A DNA stretch of 64,000 bases from NCBI GenBank assembly GCA_963706365.1, contig OY970150.1, positions 1,468,265-1,532,264 on the forward strand, written 5' to 3'. A program made the position numbers and the translations under genes. Position 1 is the first letter of the stretch. Each line of letters begins with the position of its first letter. Below, in pieces: positions 42,513 through 55,266 of this stretch. Below the pieces are notes generated by a model. That model was given only the letters and a program-made list of their open reading frames with translations. It had not been told where the DNA came from and ran no database searches. Source of the stretch: an uncultured Alphaproteobacteria bacterium. Lineage in GTDB: Bacteria; Pseudomonadota; Alphaproteobacteria; JAJTHO01; G963706365.

Positions 42513-43252
42513 TATGATTCATCTTCTTCATCGGGTATTTCCAAACTGGTGAATACCTGTTGCACATCGTCGTTATCTTCTAAAACATCAATCAGTTTTA
42601 AAACGCCTGCTGTATCCTCGCTTTCCAGGGTAACAGTTGTTTGCGGGTTCCAGCTTAATTTTGCGGATACAGGGTCACCAAAATTCTCCTCCAAACTATC
42701 GCGCACACTGCCAAACTGCTCTACGGAGGTAGTGATAATGTGGCCGTCTTCGGTTGATTCTACATTATCGCCACCCGCTTCTAGTGTGGCTTCAAACATT
42801 TCCTCGGGGTTTGCTTTTTCAGCATCGTAAAGAATTTCACCCACTTGGTCGAACATAAAGGCAACGCTGCCTGTTTCCCCTAATGACCCGCCATGCTTGG
42901 TAAAAGCAGTGCGCACATCAGAAGCAGTGCGATTGCGATTATCTGTTAATGCCTCAACAATAACGGCGATGCCCTTTGCGCCATAGCCTTCATAGCGAAT
43001 ACTTTCGTAATTATCGCCCTCACCAGATTCAATCGCCTTTTTAATGGCGCGGTCAATATTATCCTTTGGCATATTTTCAGCTCGTGCCGCAATAATGGCC
43101 GCACGCAGGCGGGGGTTCATATCAGGGTCTGGCAGGCCGCTTTTGGCCGCCACCGTAATTTCCCGGATCAGTTTTGTGAAAATCTTGCCCCGTTTGGCAT
43201 CTTGTGCCCCCTTGCGGTGCATAATATTTTTAAATTTGGAATGTCCTGCCAT
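42512..43252 (-). CDS. yebC: YebC/PmpR-family transcriptional regulator
   Basis: [15 protein letters not shown]... 246 aa. Confidence 0.9.
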   Translation of the reverse strand: MAGHSKFKNIMHRKGAQDAKRGKIFTKLIREITVAAKSGLPDPDMNPRLRAAIIAARAENMPKDNIDRAIKKAIESGEGDNYESIRYEGYGAKGIAVIVEALTDNRNRTASDVRTAFTKHGGSLGETGSVAFMFDQVGEILYDAEKANPEEMFEATLEAGGDNVESTEDGHIITTSVEQFGSVRDSLEENFGDPVSAKLSWNPQTTVTLESEDTAGVLKLIDVLEDNDDVQQVFTSLEIPDEEDES

Positions 43253-43434
43253 ACTGTTAACCGGTTTACAGGAAAACAGGTTTAGGTGAAAGTATATTAT
43301 AAGTTGCTATGTCAGGGGGCTCAATTGGAAGAATCTGTTGAAAATAAGTTGGGGTAAGCTCTTAGATAGTAAATAAGTTTTCCTAAACTAGTTTTAACAA
43401 AATGATACACAGTTTATAAAAAAGCAACTCCTTC

Positions 43435-45686
43435 TTGCGCCTTTTGCATAATATGTCTATAGACAGCACAATGGCAGAAACCACTGAAACGCAACAAAAA
43501 ACTCCGAAGACTCAATTAGATACGCATGTAATGGATTCAGGCTTGATATGCCTGGCTATTATGGCGAAAGTATTGGGTAAACCGGCTGATCCGGAACAGT
43601 TGCGCCATCTAAGCGGGCGGGGCAGTGGGGAAATGGATACCAATACATTATTGCGTCTTGCAAAAGATATTGGCTTTAAAGCACGCCTAATGAACACCTC
43701 TTGGGAGAGGTTGAATAAAGTAGAATTACCGGTTATCGCGCAACACCAATCAGGGGAATATTTTCTCTTGGCGCAAGTTGGAGACGATAAAGTTGCCGTG
43801 CAAGAACCACGTAGCCAGCAGGTAAAAATTCTGGATAAAGAAGCCTTTATGGCGAATTGGAGCGGTGCGTTATTATTATTAACCACCCGGGCGCAACTGG
43901 CTGGTGAAAACCGCAAGTTTGGTCTTAGCTGGTTTATTCCCGCCATTCATCGCTATCGTAAAATTTTAAAAGAAGTTTTAATTGTTTCTTTTATTTTACA
44001 ATTGTTTGCGCTGGCAACACCGCTATTCTTTCAGGTCATTATTGATAAAGTTCTGGTGCACCATAGCCTGAATACCCTGAATATTATGATTATTGCCCTA
44101 TTGTGCGTATCATTTTTCGAGGCCGTTTTAGGCGGGCTAAGAACCTATATATTTACCCATACCAGTAACCGTATTGATGTTGAACTGGGGGCAAGGCTAT
44201 TTAAGCATATGCAGAATTTACCCATTCGCTATTTCGCTAGCCGAAGGGTAGGGCATATTGTGGCAAGGGTACGAGAACTGGAAGGCATCAGACAATTTCT
44301 AACCAGCTCCAGCATTACCGTGTTAATCGATAGCTTCTTTACCATCGTGTTCTTAATTGTGATGTGGTTTTACAGTAAAAACTTGACACTATTAGTGCTG
44401 TTAACGTTGCCATTTTATATTGCGTTAACCTGGTTTATTACCCCGGTTCTACGCCGTCGACTAGAAGAAAAATTCATGCGCGGTGCTGAAAATCAGGCTT
44501 TTTTGGTTGAAAGTATCAGCGGTATTGAAACATTAAAATCTAGCGCTATTGAACCACAGTCACAGCGAAAATGGGAAGAGTTACTGGCAGGTTACACAAG
44601 CTCAGCCTTTAAAGCCTCGCACACCTCTAACATTGGCCAACAAGGCGTGCAGCTGGTTAATAAGGTATCAACTGCATTGGTTCTGTGGTTCGGTGCCACT
44701 TATGTTATTGAAGGCACACTAACTGTTGGGCAACTTGGTTGCCTTTAATATGTTGGCCAGTCGGGTGAGTGGTCCTGTTATGCGTTTTTCGCAATTGTGG
44801 CAGGATTTTCAGCAGGCTAAAATTTCGATTGATCGTTTAGGCGATATTTTAAACTCGCCGCAAGAACCAACTATTAAGGCTGGCTCAGTGACGCTTGCCG
44901 CCTATCAAGGGTGATATTAAGTTTGAAAATGTTACGTTCCGTTATCAACCAGATGGCGCAGCGGCTCTGGATAATGTTACTCTTAAAATACCGGCCGGGC
45001 AAGTAGTCGGTATTGTCGGCTCTTCCGGTTCAGGAAAAAGTACGTTGGCTAAACTGGTGCAACGCATGTACATTCCTAATAATGGCCGTATTATGGTGGA
45101 TGGCGTTGACTTGGCGATGGCTGATCCTGTATGGTTGCGCCGACAAATCGGTGTGGTTTTACAGGAAAATGTTTTGTTTAACCGTACAGTGCGTGAAAAT
45201 ATTGCGCTTATCTAACCCGGGCATGGATAGCGAGCGCGTTATTGCCGCAGCAAAACTGGTTGGCGCGCATGAGTTTATTTTAAAATTGCCGCAGGGTTAT
45301 GACACTATTTTAGATGAACGTGGCGGCAATTTATCTGGCGGACAGCGTCAGCGGCTGGCTATGGCACGGGCCTGGTAACCAACCCGCGCATTCTGATTTT
45401 AGACGAAGCAACTTCGGCCCTGGATTATGAATCGGAACGGATTATTCAGGATAATATGTCGAAAATTGCGCACAATAGAACTGTATTAATTATTGCCCAC
45501 CGACTTTCCACTGTGCGCACCGCTGATAAAATTATTACGATGGAAAATGGTTGTGTTATTGAAGAAGGTTCACACGATGAATTGTTAAAACCGGCGGACG
45601 TTATGCACAATTGTATAGTTATCAGACCGGAGGGCGAGATGCTTAGTAAAATGTATTCAATGCCTGATATGAGACGTATTCAATGA
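43435..45686 (+). pseudogene. type I secretion ABC transporter (HlyB-like, C39-like domain + TMD + NBD), fragmented
   Basis: Intact N-terminal 437 aa, then NBD pieces in 4 ORFs (44726-44914, 44895-45215, 45013-45378, 45456-45686) in different frames. Walker [10 protein letters not shown] and signature LSGGQRQR are recognisable. Confidence 0.7.
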
Positions 45687-47107
45687 GTTTTGCATTCAAT
45701 CGATTGGGAAAAATATACTACGCCTGGAAACATGCCGGCGAGATAGAAAAAGAAGAAAAAAAAGCAAAAGGCAATCAAAGCGCCACAAGGATGAATTACA
45801 GTTTATGCCGGCCGCGTTGGAAGTGCTTAGAAACACCGCCATCGCCCACAGCACGCATTACTCTGTGGCTAATCATTATCATTTTCTTGCTTGCTATTGT
45901 GTTGGCAACTATCGGTAAAACAGATGTGGTGGCCACTGCTGCTGGTCAAATTATCCCCTCTGGCCGACGTAAAGTTATTCAGCCGCTGGAAACATCTAGG
46001 GTACAAAATATTTATGTTGAAGAAGGCCAGTTCGTTGAAAAAGGTGAATTGCTGATTGAACTGAACCCGGTTGAAAGCACCGCAAATAAGCACCAGCTGG
46101 ATGATAATCTGCAGAAAAAACGAGCTGGATGCCATTCGGTTAAAAGGTATTACAGAATAACCCTGCCTATCCCAAGGCAGATTTTCCACCAGATACGCCC
46201 GGCCAACATTGTAAAAGCCCAGCAAATTTTAATGCGCTCGCAAGCTTCTGAATATCGTTCACAGCTAGCCAACCTTCAGCAAATCGAATTACTCAGGAAA
46301 ACTCACAAGCGCGTGCAATTCGGGCGGAAATCGATGCGTTTGCGAAAGTGTGTTACCGGATATCAGGCGCGGCTTGAGCAACAGGAAAGTCTTGATTGAA
46401 AAGAACTCTGACAACCCGTACACAGCTGTTGCGCGTAAGGCAGGAAGTGAATGACACGAGCAATCAGATTAATGTGCAGCGGCAATTGCTGGCACAAGCT
46501 AATGCTGCAGCGCAAACAGCACGACAGGAACAAGAAAGTTATATTAATCAATATCAAAACCAGCGTCTGGAAGAATTGGCCGAAGCAGAAGCTCGTATTT
46601 TCGGGCTAGAGCAGGAGGTTATTAAGGTGGACGCTAAAGTTGCGGCCTTAAACTGATGGCACCAACAAATGGTGTGGTGCAGGAATTAAAAGTTAGCACT
46701 GTGGGTGGGGTCGTGACACCGGCGCAAGAACTTATGTATGTCGTGCCGCAAGATGCTGTTTTGGAAGCGCGTGCATTGCTACCTAATAAAGACCGTGGAG
46801 CGGTTGGCAGAGGGCGATATGGCCAATGTTAAAGTGGAGGCTTTTCCCGTTTACACGTTACGGTACGATTCCCGCCAAACTAAAAACAGTTTCCAGCGAT
46901 GCTATTCAGGATGAAAACCTGGGACCTGTTTTTGCGGTTATTGGCACGCTAGAGCGCGATTATGTTATTAGTGATGAAGGGGAGCGTATTCGTTTAACCC
47001 CCGGCATGGCTGTAACGATGGAAATTAAAACAGACGATCGCCGTATTATTGAATTTATTCTAACGCCAATTATTAAAGGCTTTAAGGAAGCTGCAAGAGA
47101 ACGTTAA
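45683..47107 (+). pseudogene. type I secretion membrane fusion protein (HlyD-like), fragmented
   Basis: Three or more ORF pieces (45683-46399, 46396-46656, 46826-47107) with coiled-coil and beta-barrel segments. Confidence 0.65.
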
Positions 47108-47122
47108 TTTCGCTGTGGCTAA

Positions 47123-49670
<2,548 letters not shown>

Positions 49671-49672
<2 letters not shown>

Positions 49673-49712
49673 GAGCTTGCCTCAAAACCCACGCACAAGT
49701 TGAATTTCGTAT
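49671..49712 (+). repeat. MITE family B left-end fragment
   Basis: aagagcttgcctcaaaacccacgcacaagttgaatttcgtattt. Confidence 0.6.
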
Positions 49713-49715
49713 TTT

Positions 49716-49843
49716 ATAGTGATTCCAAAATAAATCCGTGTGAAGGCGAGAGCAAGCAAAATTGAGCGCAATGTATTCTTCATGCATAAGCGAAATTTTG
49801 CGCCCCTCGCAGCCCCTCACGGTTTTATTTCGGAATCACTATA
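49716..49843 (-). repeat. MITE family A (copy 4, inverted, more divergent)
   Basis: atagtgattccaaaataaatccgtgtgaaggcgagagcaag...cctcacggttttatttcggaatcactata. Confidence 0.8.
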
Positions 49844-49918
49844 GCAAAAATCTGTTGCAAGGACGGGTTATTTGCTATGCTTAGAACAACGAAGCACTAT
49901 AGATACAACAATAAAAAT

Positions 49919-51592
49919 TTAGGCTCTAGCCAACTTTTTATACTTCCCAGTTTTTTCATCATCTCCTAACCGCCGCCGGCGATCTTCTTCATAGGCTTCG
50001 TAGTTTCCGGGGAACCATTCAATGTGGCCATTGCCTTCGAAGGCTAGAATATGGGTGGCGATGCGGTCTAAAAACCATCTATCGTGGGAAATAACCACTG
50101 CACAACCGGCAAAGTTAAAGAGGGCCTCTTCCAAGGCACGTAATGTATCAACATCTAAGTCATTGGTAGGTTCATCCAGTAAAATAAGATTGGCACCCGA
50201 TTTCAACATGCGTGCCAGGTGCACACGGTTACGCTCCCCACCAGAAAGCAAACCTACTTTCTTTTGTTGATCCTGCCCTCGAAAATTAAAACTGGCGGTA
50301 TACATTCGAGAGTTAATTTCTCTGTCACCCAACATGATAATTTCTTGCCCGTCGGCAATAACATCCCAGACCGCCTTGCTGCCATCCAGGTCATCTCGAG
50401 ATTGATCAACATAGCCAAGTTTTACGGTTTCACCCACTTTAAAGGTTCCGGCATCTGGCTGTTCAGCCCCAGTAATCATTTTAAATAGAGTTGTTTTTCC
50501 TGCTCCGTTCGGCCCTACTACGCCTATAATGCCGCCGGGGGGTAATTCAAAAGACAGCTTATCCATTAATAACTTGTCGCCAAAGCTTTTGCTAACATTC
50601 TTTGCTTCAATAACTTTGCCACCCAAACGCGGGCCAATGGGAATAACAATCTGTGAAGGCCCCGGGGCGCGATCTCCTGCTTGTAATAACAATTCTTCGT
50701 AGGCTGCCAAACGCGCCTTTGATTTTGTTTGCCGTGCTTTAGGAGATTGACGTACCCATTCCAATTCTTCTTTAATAGTTTTCTGGCGCGCATCATCCTG
50801 CTTTTCTTCCAGTTCAAGACGCTTCTGCTTCTGATCCAGCCATTCCGTATAATTCCCTTTAAAGGGTAGGGCGTTGCCACGTTCCAGTTCTAAAATCCAT
50901 TCTGCTACATTATCCAGGAAATATCTATCGTGGGTAATGGTTACAACAGTGCCTTTATATTCTTCCAAATGCCGTTCCAGCCAGGAAATACTGCTGGCAT
51001 CCAGATGGTTGGTTGGCTCATCTAACAGAAGCATATCAGGCTTGCTTAAAAGCAATTGGCACAATGCAATACGCCGTTTTTCCCCACCAGACAGCTTTTC
51101 AACACTGCTATCCCCCGGCGGGCAATTCAACGCATCCATGGCAATTTCTAGGGTGCGATCAATATCCCAGCCATCAGCCGCGTCAATGCGCTCCTGCAAT
51201 TCACCTTGTTCTTCCAGCAATTTCATCATTTCATCATTGTCAGTCACTTCACCTAACTGCATGGAAATTTCATTGAATTTCGCTAGATCATCAACGACTG
51301 ACCCTAACCCGGCCATAACGTTCTCTTTTACGTTTTTAGAGGTATCTAGCTGTGGTTCTTGTGCCAGATAGCCCACTGTTGCGCCTTCTGCTAAGAATGC
51401 CTCACCGGTATAATCTTTATCCAGTCCTGCCATAATTTTTAGCACGGTAGATTTACCAGCCCCATTATGACCGATCACCCCGATTTTCGCACCAGGCAAA
51501 AACGAAAGGTTGACGTTTTGAATAATTTTTTTACCGGTTTGCAATATCTTTGATAAGTCTTGCATGGTATAGATGTACTGATAACTGGCCAT
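49919..51592 (-). CDS. ettA: energy-dependent translational throttle ABC-F ATPase
   Basis: Two ABC cassettes. The N-terminus matches EttA (YTMQDLSK...SFLPGAKIGVIGHNGAGKST). Confidence 0.9.
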   Translation of the reverse strand: MASYQYIYTMQDLSKILQTGKKIIQNVNLSFLPGAKIGVIGHNGAGKSTVLKIMAGLDKDYTGEAFLAEGATVGYLAQEPQLDTSKNVKENVMAGLGSVVDDLAKFNEISMQLGEVTDNDEMMKLLEEQGELQERIDAADGWDIDRTLEIAMDALNCPPGDSSVEKLSGGEKRRIALCQLLLSKPDMLLLDEPTNHLDASSISWLERHLEEYKGTVVTITHDRYFLDNVAEWILELERGNALPFKGNYTEWLDQKQKRLELEEKQDDARQKTIKEELEWVRQSPKARQTKSKARLAAYEELLLQAGDRAPGPSQIVIPIGPRLGGKVIEAKNVSKSFGDKLLMDKLSFELPPGGIIGVVGPNGAGKTTLFKMITGAEQPDAGTFKVGETVKLGYVDQSRDDLDGSKAVWDVIADGQEIIMLGDREINSRMYTASFNFRGQDQQKKVGLLSGGERNRVHLARMLKSGANLILLDEPTNDLDVDTLRALEEALFNFAGCAVVISHDRWFLDRIATHILAFEGNGHIEWFPGNYEAYEEDRRRRLGDDEKTGKYKKLARA

Positions 51593-51745
51593 AGTGGGGT
51601 GATAGCCGGTAATTTTTGGAAAATCAAATGTTTGTGTTTAGAAGGTTATACAAGCTTGATGCTAATCAATAAAGTATGACTGTTTAGCGAATTATTAAAA
51701 ACATATTGCACAAATTCATGAGTCTCGCTAAAGTATCGCAACCGT

Positions 51746-51830
<85 letters not shown>

Positions 51831-51909
51831 TGGTGGTTATGCAATTTATGCCTTTATTTTGGCTTAAATCGCATAACCATCACCTTGGAACGAATTAAAA
51901 AGTAGCGCT

Positions 51910-53400
51910 ATGCAAGTTGTTGAAAAATCAAAAGATGGTCTAAAGACTGAGTACACGATCACCATTCCGGTGGAAAAACTGAAAGAGCAACGTCTAGAGC
52001 GACTTAGCGAAATTTCTAAAACTATTAAAGTTGATGGCTTTCGACCTGGTAAAGTGCCGCCTCAATTGATTGAGAAACGCTATGGCGATTCTATAAAAGG
52101 TGAAATTATCCAAAAGGCCCTAGAGGGCAGCATTGCCCAAGTGATTCAGGACAATAAAATTCGCCCGGCTGTACAGCCTAAAATGACGAATTCTAATTTA
52201 GAAGCGCACAACGATAATGATCCTATTATTTTTGACTTAGAAATAGAAGCTTTGCCAGAAATTCCAGAAGTTGATCTGGATTCGATTGAAATTGAGTTTC
52301 TGCAAGTTGAAGTGACAGACGAGGATATTGATGCCGGTATGGAAATGATGAAAGATTCATTTCAAGAATACCAGCCTTTGAAAAGAAAGCGCGCTGTTAA
52401 AATTGATGATGAAGTAACATTTGATTTTTCCGGATCTGTAGATGGTAAAAAATTTGAGGGTGGTACAGCAGAAGATGCGAAACTAATCATTGGCTCTGGT
52501 CAGTTCATTCCTGGTTTTGAAGATCAAATAGTTGGCAAGAAAATCGATGAAGCCTTCGATGTTACAGTCACCTTCCCAGAAAACTATGGCGAGAAAACCT
52601 TAGCCGGTAAAGAAGCGGTTTTTGCTTGTACAATTCATGACATTCAAGAGCCTGCGCCTTTTGAATTAAATGACGAAGTAGCTATTAAAGCCGGTGCGGA
52701 AAGTGTTGACGACTTAAAAGCAAAATTTAAAAAAGCTGCTAAGGATCGTAAAGCGCAAGAAATTCAGCCTTGGAATAAGAAAAATCTACTGGATGTTTTA
52801 GACGATAAAGTACAAATAGACTTACCGCCTAGCTTAGTTGACGAAGAATTTAAGATTATTCAAGCCGAAGATGCTAAAAGCGAATCTGAAAATATTGATG
52901 AAAAAGAGTTGCGTAGTTTAGCTGAGCGCCGTGTAAAACTTGGCTTAGTTGTTGCTGATCTTGGTATGAAAAACAATGTGCATGTAGATGACGAAGAAGT
53001 TCGTGCTACTATTCTAGATCAAGCTTTTCAGATGCCAGAAGCACAGCGTATGCAGTTTTTACAGTTTTTCAGTGAAAACCCACAAATGATCGAGCGTGTA
53101 AAAGCCCCACTTTTTGAAGAAAAAGTGATTGGCTTTTTGTTAGACAAAGTTAAAAAAACAAATAAGGTTATTACCTCTGAAGAGTTTGAAAAGCTTGCTA
53201 ATGAAGATGAGGCGGAATCAACCGCTGACAGTAGTAAGCCCGCTGAAAAACCCAAGAAAAAAGAAACGGCTGCGAAAAAACCTACTGCTGCAAAGAAGCC
53301 TGCCGCTGCTAAGAAAGCGACAGATACTCCTAAAAAAGCTAAAGCTGATGATTCTCCTAAGGCCTCAAAAAGTAAAAAGACCGATACCGTGAAGTCATAG
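51910..53400 (+). CDS. tig: trigger factor with a Lys/Ala-rich histone-H1-like C-terminal tail
   Basis: Ribosome-binding, PPIase and C-terminal chaperone domains. An extra ~60-aa tail with AKKP-type repeats. Confidence 0.9.
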   Translation: MQVVEKSKDGLKTEYTITIPVEKLKEQRLERLSEISKTIKVDGFRPGKVPPQLIEKRYGDSIKGEIIQKALEGSIAQVIQDNKIRPAVQPKMTNSNLEAHNDNDPIIFDLEIEALPEIPEVDLDSIEIEFLQVEVTDEDIDAGMEMMKDSFQEYQPLKRKRAVKIDDEVTFDFSGSVDGKKFEGGTAEDAKLIIGSGQFIPGFEDQIVGKKIDEAFDVTVTFPENYGEKTLAGKEAVFACTIHDIQEPAPFELNDEVAIKAGAESVDDLKAKFKKAAKDRKAQEIQPWNKKNLLDVLDDKVQIDLPPSLVDEEFKIIQAEDAKSESENIDEKELRSLAERRVKLGLVVADLGMKNNVHVDDEEVRATILDQAFQMPEAQRMQFLQFFSENPQMIERVKAPLFEEKVIGFLLDKVKKTNKVITSEEFEKLANEDEAESTADSSKPAEKPKKKETAAKKPTAAKKPAAAKKATDTPKKAKADDSPKASKSKKTDTVKS

Positions 53401-53543
53401 CCTGATTTAGAGCTAGGTGACTGGTTCTAACTATACTGGCTTATATTTTGGAGGAATAGGTTCCAGCCGGGGCTGACAACTATTTTGTCTTCTTTAGAGG
53501 TTCTTATGCTTTATAAAAGGCTCTAAGAGCTTACGCCAAAACC

Positions 53544-53909
53544 CTAAGTAGAATATAATTTCAGAATTCGCTTAGACAGGAGGTTAATGTCGGCAATAAA
53601 GAGTCTAGAGCGGGAGGTATCTGGATTATGTTCGTAATCTTTGGAGAGGCGTCTTTGCCAGTTGATCCAGCCGAAGAAGCGTTCGACAATCCATCGTTTT
53701 GGTATAACAATAAACTTTTTGCTATCAGGGCGTTTGACGACTATCAGGCGTTTCCCCCGGCTTTTGCGGTAGAACCATGTTTGCAGTTTGCCGCTATAGG
53801 CACCATCGGCCAAAACAGCCTGTAACCGGGGCTGTTTGTACAATTCTGCTAGTAGCGGTTTGGCGCCGTCCCTGTCTTGAACGCCAGCGCTATGCACGCT
53901 TGCCGCCAT
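53544..53909 (-). CDS. IS5-family transposase OrfB (DDE region)
   Basis: LADGAYSG ... ERFFGWINWQRRLSKDYE. Confidence 0.75.
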   Translation of the reverse strand: MAASVHSAGVQDRDGAKPLLAELYKQPRLQAVLADGAYSGKLQTWFYRKSRGKRLIVVKRPDSKKFIVIPKRWIVERFFGWINWQRRLSKDYEHNPDTSRSRLFIADINLLSKRILKLYST

Positions 53910-53932
53910 CAGATGGCCGGTGATATCAACAA

Positions 53933-54322
53933 CTATATGGCGTTTTCGACCCTTAGTTTTCTTGCCAGCATCATACCCGCGCGCCCCCCTTTTTGCACCG
54001 TCTTGACAGACTGTGCATCAATTATCCCCAGTGACGGTTCCTCTTCCCGGCCTTCCAGCCGCCGCAACTGCCTGTGCAGCTTTTCCTGTATACGTTCAAA
54101 CAAGCCATTGTCACGCCACTCATAGAAAAAATGCCGCACCACCGCTTCCGGCACCAAATCATTCGGCAGCATATCCCACTGACACCCCGTGCGCTGCTGA
54201 TAACGTATAGCGTTCATTATCTCTCGATTTGAATATATTTTGCGACGCCCCGTCTTATATACCGGAAAAGCATGCGCGATCAGAGCCCACTCCTCATCTG
54301 TTAAATCTGTTCTATACGACAT
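53933..54322 (-). CDS. IS5-family transposase OrfA
   Basis: MSYRTDLTDEEWALIAHAFP...GCQWDMLPNDL. This is the characteristic IS5/IS427 N-terminal domain. Confidence 0.75.
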   Translation of the reverse strand: MSYRTDLTDEEWALIAHAFPVYKTGRRKIYSNREIMNAIRYQQRTGCQWDMLPNDLVPEAVVRHFFYEWRDNGLFERIQEKLHRQLRRLEGREEEPSLGIIDAQSVKTVQKGGRAGMMLARKLRVENAI

Positions 54323-54442
54323 CGTCTACTCCCAGTTATATGTTATCTTACAACATCTTATAAAATATCTCACACAGCCATACTATAATCTATATGCGAT
54401 GTATTCTTCCTTCTTATTCGCTTCTTAGTTTTGGCGTAAGCT

Positions 54443-54610
54443 CTAAGAGCTTGCCCCAAAACCCACGCACAAGTTGAATTTTGTCTTTTTCACTGCAAAT
54501 TCCTTTGAAAAGATGCGAAATAGCCCGCTATTACGCCCTTTCCCAAAGAAATTTTCGCAGAAAAATACTTCTTTCAACTTATACGTGGGTTTCCGCGCAA
54601 GCTCTAAAGA
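54443..54610 (+). repeat. MITE family B (copy 4, reference full-length)
   Basis: ctaagagcttgccccaaaacccacgcacaagttgaatttt...ttcaacttatacgtgggtttccgcgcaagctctaaaga. It directly abuts the IS5 element's right end. Confidence 0.85.
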
Positions 54611-54662
54611 ATAGTACAACAAAATATTTACAAGCAATTGACGGTGCCATTAATAAAATTAA

Positions 54663-54745
54663 TGGTACTCGAGGCGAGACTCGAACTCGCACGACCGAAG
54701 TCATCAGATTTTGAGTCTGACGTGTCTACCATTCCACCACTCGAG
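54663..54745 (-). tRNA. tRNA-Leu (anticodon CAA)
   Basis: On the minus strand: ctcgagtggtggaatggtagacacg, then the anticodon stem-loop tcaga ctCAAaa tctga, a long variable arm, then gttcgagtctcgcctcgagtacca. Confidence 0.8.
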
Positions 54746-54812
54746 CAATTGTTTGTTGGGTATAATCTAAAAATTTGGAAAGCTCAATGGCTATCAGCAG
54801 TGTTAAAGCAAT

Positions 54813-55136
54813 TTAATCTACATCCTGTTGAGCGTAGAAATTATTGTTACTATTAGCGCGACGAAGAGGGTTGCCAGACATTACCGCTGTTTGTGGAACA
54901 TCTTGTGTTACCTCTGCATTAAACGTGCTTGCTTCTAGAATGGCAATTCTTTCTTTTAGTTGTTGATTTTCAAGGGATAGAGAATGAACAGCGTTTTGAT
55001 TTTTATTATTGCAAGCCATTTCTGTGGATACGGCACCATCGGCATAGCCCTGGTGATACCAGTCGTTATAAGCCATGGCAGGGGTTGTAACAGCGATTGC
55101 TGTTGTTACAAAAAATAGTCTAAAAATTGTTTTCAT
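54813..55136 (-). CDS. small secreted hypothetical protein (signal peptide)
   Basis: MKTIFRLFFVTTAIAVTTPAMA. 107 aa. Confidence 0.4.
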   Translation of the reverse strand: MKTIFRLFFVTTAIAVTTPAMAYNDWYHQGYADGAVSTEMACNNKNQNAVHSLSLENQQLKERIAILEASTFNAEVTQDVPQTAVMSGNPLRRANSNNNFYAQQDVD

Positions 55137-55266
55137 CGGTATATCTCTTTTATGCCATCCGTATAGCGAAGCAGATGCTTTGCTGGCAAAACAAAATGCG
55201 GTTTGTCATAAACTTTTCACATTGCCGTCATTTGCTTTTAATATAACAATAAGTTAACACTGCGAA

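Larger units (their letters stand above)
53527..54443 (-). mobile_element. IS5-family (IS427-group-like) insertion sequence, about 917 bp, two overlapping transposase ORFs
   Basis: Terminal inverted repeats gagcttacgccaaaaccc / gggttttggcgtaagctc. Flanked by taa on both sides. The two ORFs are typical of the -1 frameshifted orfA/orfB arrangement. Confidence 0.75.
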
